Assembly (NCBI GenBank): GCA_044450345.1
Contig: JBIOIY010000006.1
Span: forward strand, 29,696-93,695
DNA: 64,000 nucleotides
Direction of reading: 5' to 3'
Source of the DNA: Thermodesulfovibrionales bacterium
Lineage (GTDB): Bacteria > Nitrospirota > Thermodesulfovibrionia > Thermodesulfovibrionales > UBA6898
Of this stretch, positions 62,313-64,000 are shown one piece after another. The translations under genes and the position numbers were made by a program. Every line of letters starts with the position of its first letter. Within the stretch, counting starts at the first letter, position 1. The notes beneath the pieces are model-generated. The model ran no database searches, was not told where the DNA came from, and worked only from the letters and a program-made list of their open reading frames with translations.

Positions 62313-62325
62313 CTCGTGCCTCCTC

Positions 62326-62754
62326 TTAATCCACTATCTCAACGCCCATGCTCCTGGCGGTACCGGCGATGATCCTCATTCCCTCATCAGCGGAGTATGC
62401 ATTCAGGTCAGGGAGTTTTGTCTGCGCTACTTCTCTCAACTGCGCCGATGAGATCTTTCCTACCTTGTCCTTGTTTGGTGCGCTGGAGCCCTTTATGATG
62501 CCCGCCGCCTTCTTGAGCAGTTCCGACGCGGGCGGCGTCTTCGTGATGAATGTAAAAGACCGGTCGGCGTAAATGGTCATTACAACCGGGATTATAGTAT
62601 CACCAAGCGCCTGGGTCTGCGCGTTGAATGCCTTACAGAACTCCATGATATTCACGCCGTGGGGACCGAGCGCGGGGCCGATCGGCGGCGCAGGTGTCGC
62701 CTTCCCTGCGGATATCTGAAGTTTCACCTGGGCGATCATCGGTTTCTTAGCCAT
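62326..62754 (-). CDS. rplK: 50S ribosomal protein L11
   Basis: [10 protein letters not shown] and GTARSMG motifs. Confidence 0.98.
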   Translation of the reverse strand: MAKKPMIAQVKLQISAGKATPAPPIGPALGPHGVNIMEFCKAFNAQTQALGDTIIPVVMTIYADRSFTFITKTPPASELLKKAAGIIKGSSAPNKDKVGKISSAQLREVAQTKLPDLNAYSADEGMRIIAGTARSMGVEIVD

Positions 62755-62792
62755 TTTTCTTTATCCTCCTGCCTTATTCAAACTGCTGAAAG

Positions 62793-63317
62793 TTAATTCT
62801 TTTCCACCTGGAAAAAATTGAGCTCTACCGGAGTATTCCTCCCGAAGATGCTGACCATAACGCGAAGTCGGCCATGGTCCATGTCAATGTCCTCGACAAA
62901 GCCGTTGAAATTACTGAAGGGACCGTCGGTGATCCTGACGCTGTCACCTTTCTGATACTGGGTCTTGACCTGCGGAACAGGGCCCTTCTCAACCTGTTGC
63001 ATGATAATCTCGACCTCTTCCTCAGGTATCGGAACAGGCTTCTTCCCGCCGACAAAACCGGTCACCCTCGGAATATTTTTTATAAGATGCCATGTCTCGT
63101 CATCGAGCTCCATTTCGACAAGGATATACCCGGGATAGAACTTTTTATCGCTCTCCTTCTTTTTTCCTGCCCTCAGTTCCACGACCCTCTCGGTAGGGAT
63201 GAGCACTTTCGATATCTTCTCCTGTATGCCTAAGGCTCCGATCTTTTCCTCGATGGAAAGCCTCACCTTCTCTTCGAACCCGGAGTACGTATGAACTACA
63301 TACCAGTTTTTTCCCAT
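62793..63317 (-). CDS. nusG: Transcription factor NusG
   Basis: [14 protein letters not shown] domain, IFGR.TPVEL. Confidence 0.98.
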   Translation of the reverse strand: MGKNWYVVHTYSGFEEKVRLSIEEKIGALGIQEKISKVLIPTERVVELRAGKKKESDKKFYPGYILVEMELDDETWHLIKNIPRVTGFVGGKKPVPIPEEEVEIIMQQVEKGPVPQVKTQYQKGDSVRITDGPFSNFNGFVEDIDMDHGRLRVMVSIFGRNTPVELNFFQVEKN

Positions 63318-63321
63318 GTCC

Positions 63322-63507
63322 CTACCTTATCGCCAGCCCGATCAGCTTCGTAAGCCCGAGGTCTACTATCCCGAGGAAAACGGAGACGACGACTACCGTA
63401 ATGATCACTATCCATGTGGAGCCTATCAGCTCCTCCCTGCTCGGATACACAACCTTGTTGGTCTCGACCTTGACTTCTCTGAAAAACTGCTTAATCCTCT
63501 CTATCAT
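63322..63507 (-). CDS. secE: Preprotein translocase SecE
   Basis: E..KVVYPSREE plus one TM helix; upstream of nusG. Confidence 0.93.
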   Translation of the reverse strand: MIERIKQFFREVKVETNKVVYPSREELIGSTWIVIITVVVVSVFLGIVDLGLTKLIGLAIR

Positions 63508-63526
63508 TCATCCGTCCTCGTTCATA

Positions 63527-63603
63527 TGGCAGGCCAGGAGGGATTTGAACCCCCATCCCTCGGATTTGGAGTCCGATGCTCTAGCCGTTAGAGCTACTGG
63601 CCT
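63527..63603 (-). tRNA. trnW: tRNA-Trp (CCA)
   Basis: 77-nt cloverleaf, acceptor AGGCCAG/CTGGCCT, anticodon loop CTCCAAA, encoded 3' CCA. Confidence 0.97.
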
Positions 63604-63608
63604 ACATT

Positions 63609-63691
63609 TAGTGTCAGTGATTAGTGCCTGCGTCAGTAACAAGGTCAGATGATGCCCTGCAATAAGTCTCTGACACTGTTCACTGACACTA
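63609..63691. repeat. Palindromic intergenic element; related copy at 60814-60840
   Basis: TAGTGTCAGTGA/TCACTGACACTA terminal inverted repeat. Confidence 0.7.
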
Positions 63692-63700
63692 TCCACTTCT

Positions 63701-63853
63701 TTATGCCTTCGTCTCTTTATGCATCGTGTGCTTCGCGCAGTGCCTGCAGTACTTCTTCCTCTGGAGCTTGTCCGTCGTATTCTTTTTGTTTTTCATGGTC
63801 GAATAGTTCTTGCTCTTGCACTCGCTGCACTGAAAAAGGAATATGTCCCTCAT
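63701..63853 (-). CDS. rpmG: 50S ribosomal protein L33 (four-Cys form), absent from the ORF track
   Basis: [50 protein letters not shown]. Confidence 0.96.
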   Translation of the reverse strand: MRDIFLFQCSECKSKNYSTMKNKKNTTDKLQRKKYCRHCAKHTMHKETKA

Positions 63854-64000
63854 GCGATCACCTCGGTAACGACTCCGGCTCCGACGGTGCGGCCGCCCTC
63901 TCTTATGGCGAACCTCAGCTCTTTCTCCATCGCGATCGGCGAGATCAGCTCAACCGAGAGACTCACGTTGTCCCCGGGCATCACCATCTCCACTCCCTCG
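63850..64000 (-). CDS. tuf: Elongation factor Tu, 3' end only (truncated by the window edge)
   Basis: EMVMPGDNV...[15 protein letters not shown]; stop overlaps the rpmG start (ATGA). Confidence 0.96.
   Translation of the reverse strand, partial: EGVEMVMPGDNVSLSVELISPIAMEKELRFAIREGGRTVGAGVVTEVIA

Noticed and set aside
63508..63696. Track ORFs overlapping tRNA-Trp
   Set aside because: Explained by the tRNA gene and the palindromic spacer.

Overview
Core chromosomal segment of an anaerobic Gram-negative dissimilatory sulfur-metabolising bacterium. The dsr gene order, DUF507 pair, futalosine pathway and lpxI suggest Nitrospirota (Thermodesulfovibrionia-like); this is an inference. Contents in order: a methyltransferase; a large CoA-activase fusion; an unannotated 32-aa bS22/mS38-like protein; a core-MetE-tmk-holB-ricT-metG operon; rpsF-ssb-rpsR extended by 2x DUF507, a diguanylate cyclase and an HNH protein; mqnE-mqnC; trxB; CBS-HPP; a contiguous dsrABD-N-(HEAT)-(Zn ribbon)-C-T-MKJOP-ferredoxin cluster; bamA-skp-lpxD-fabZ-lpxA-lpxI; a 7-heme/cytochrome b/9-heme module resembling Geobacter CbcABC; a stand-alone RpoD-like sigma; a heme-c sensor kinase with a sigma54 activator; two HD-GYP proteins; and tuf(partial)-rpmG-trnW-secE-nusG-rplKAJL-rpoBC. 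I saw no mobile element, prophage or CRISPR array. Best leads: the Cbc-like module, a 43-nt motif shared upstream of dsrA and dsrC, two uncharacterised genes inside the dsr cluster, several apparently leaderless transcripts, a Crp/Fnr-type box at -41.5 of CBS-HPP, and a CTG start for rplJ. All family calls are by motif recognition and recall, not database search.
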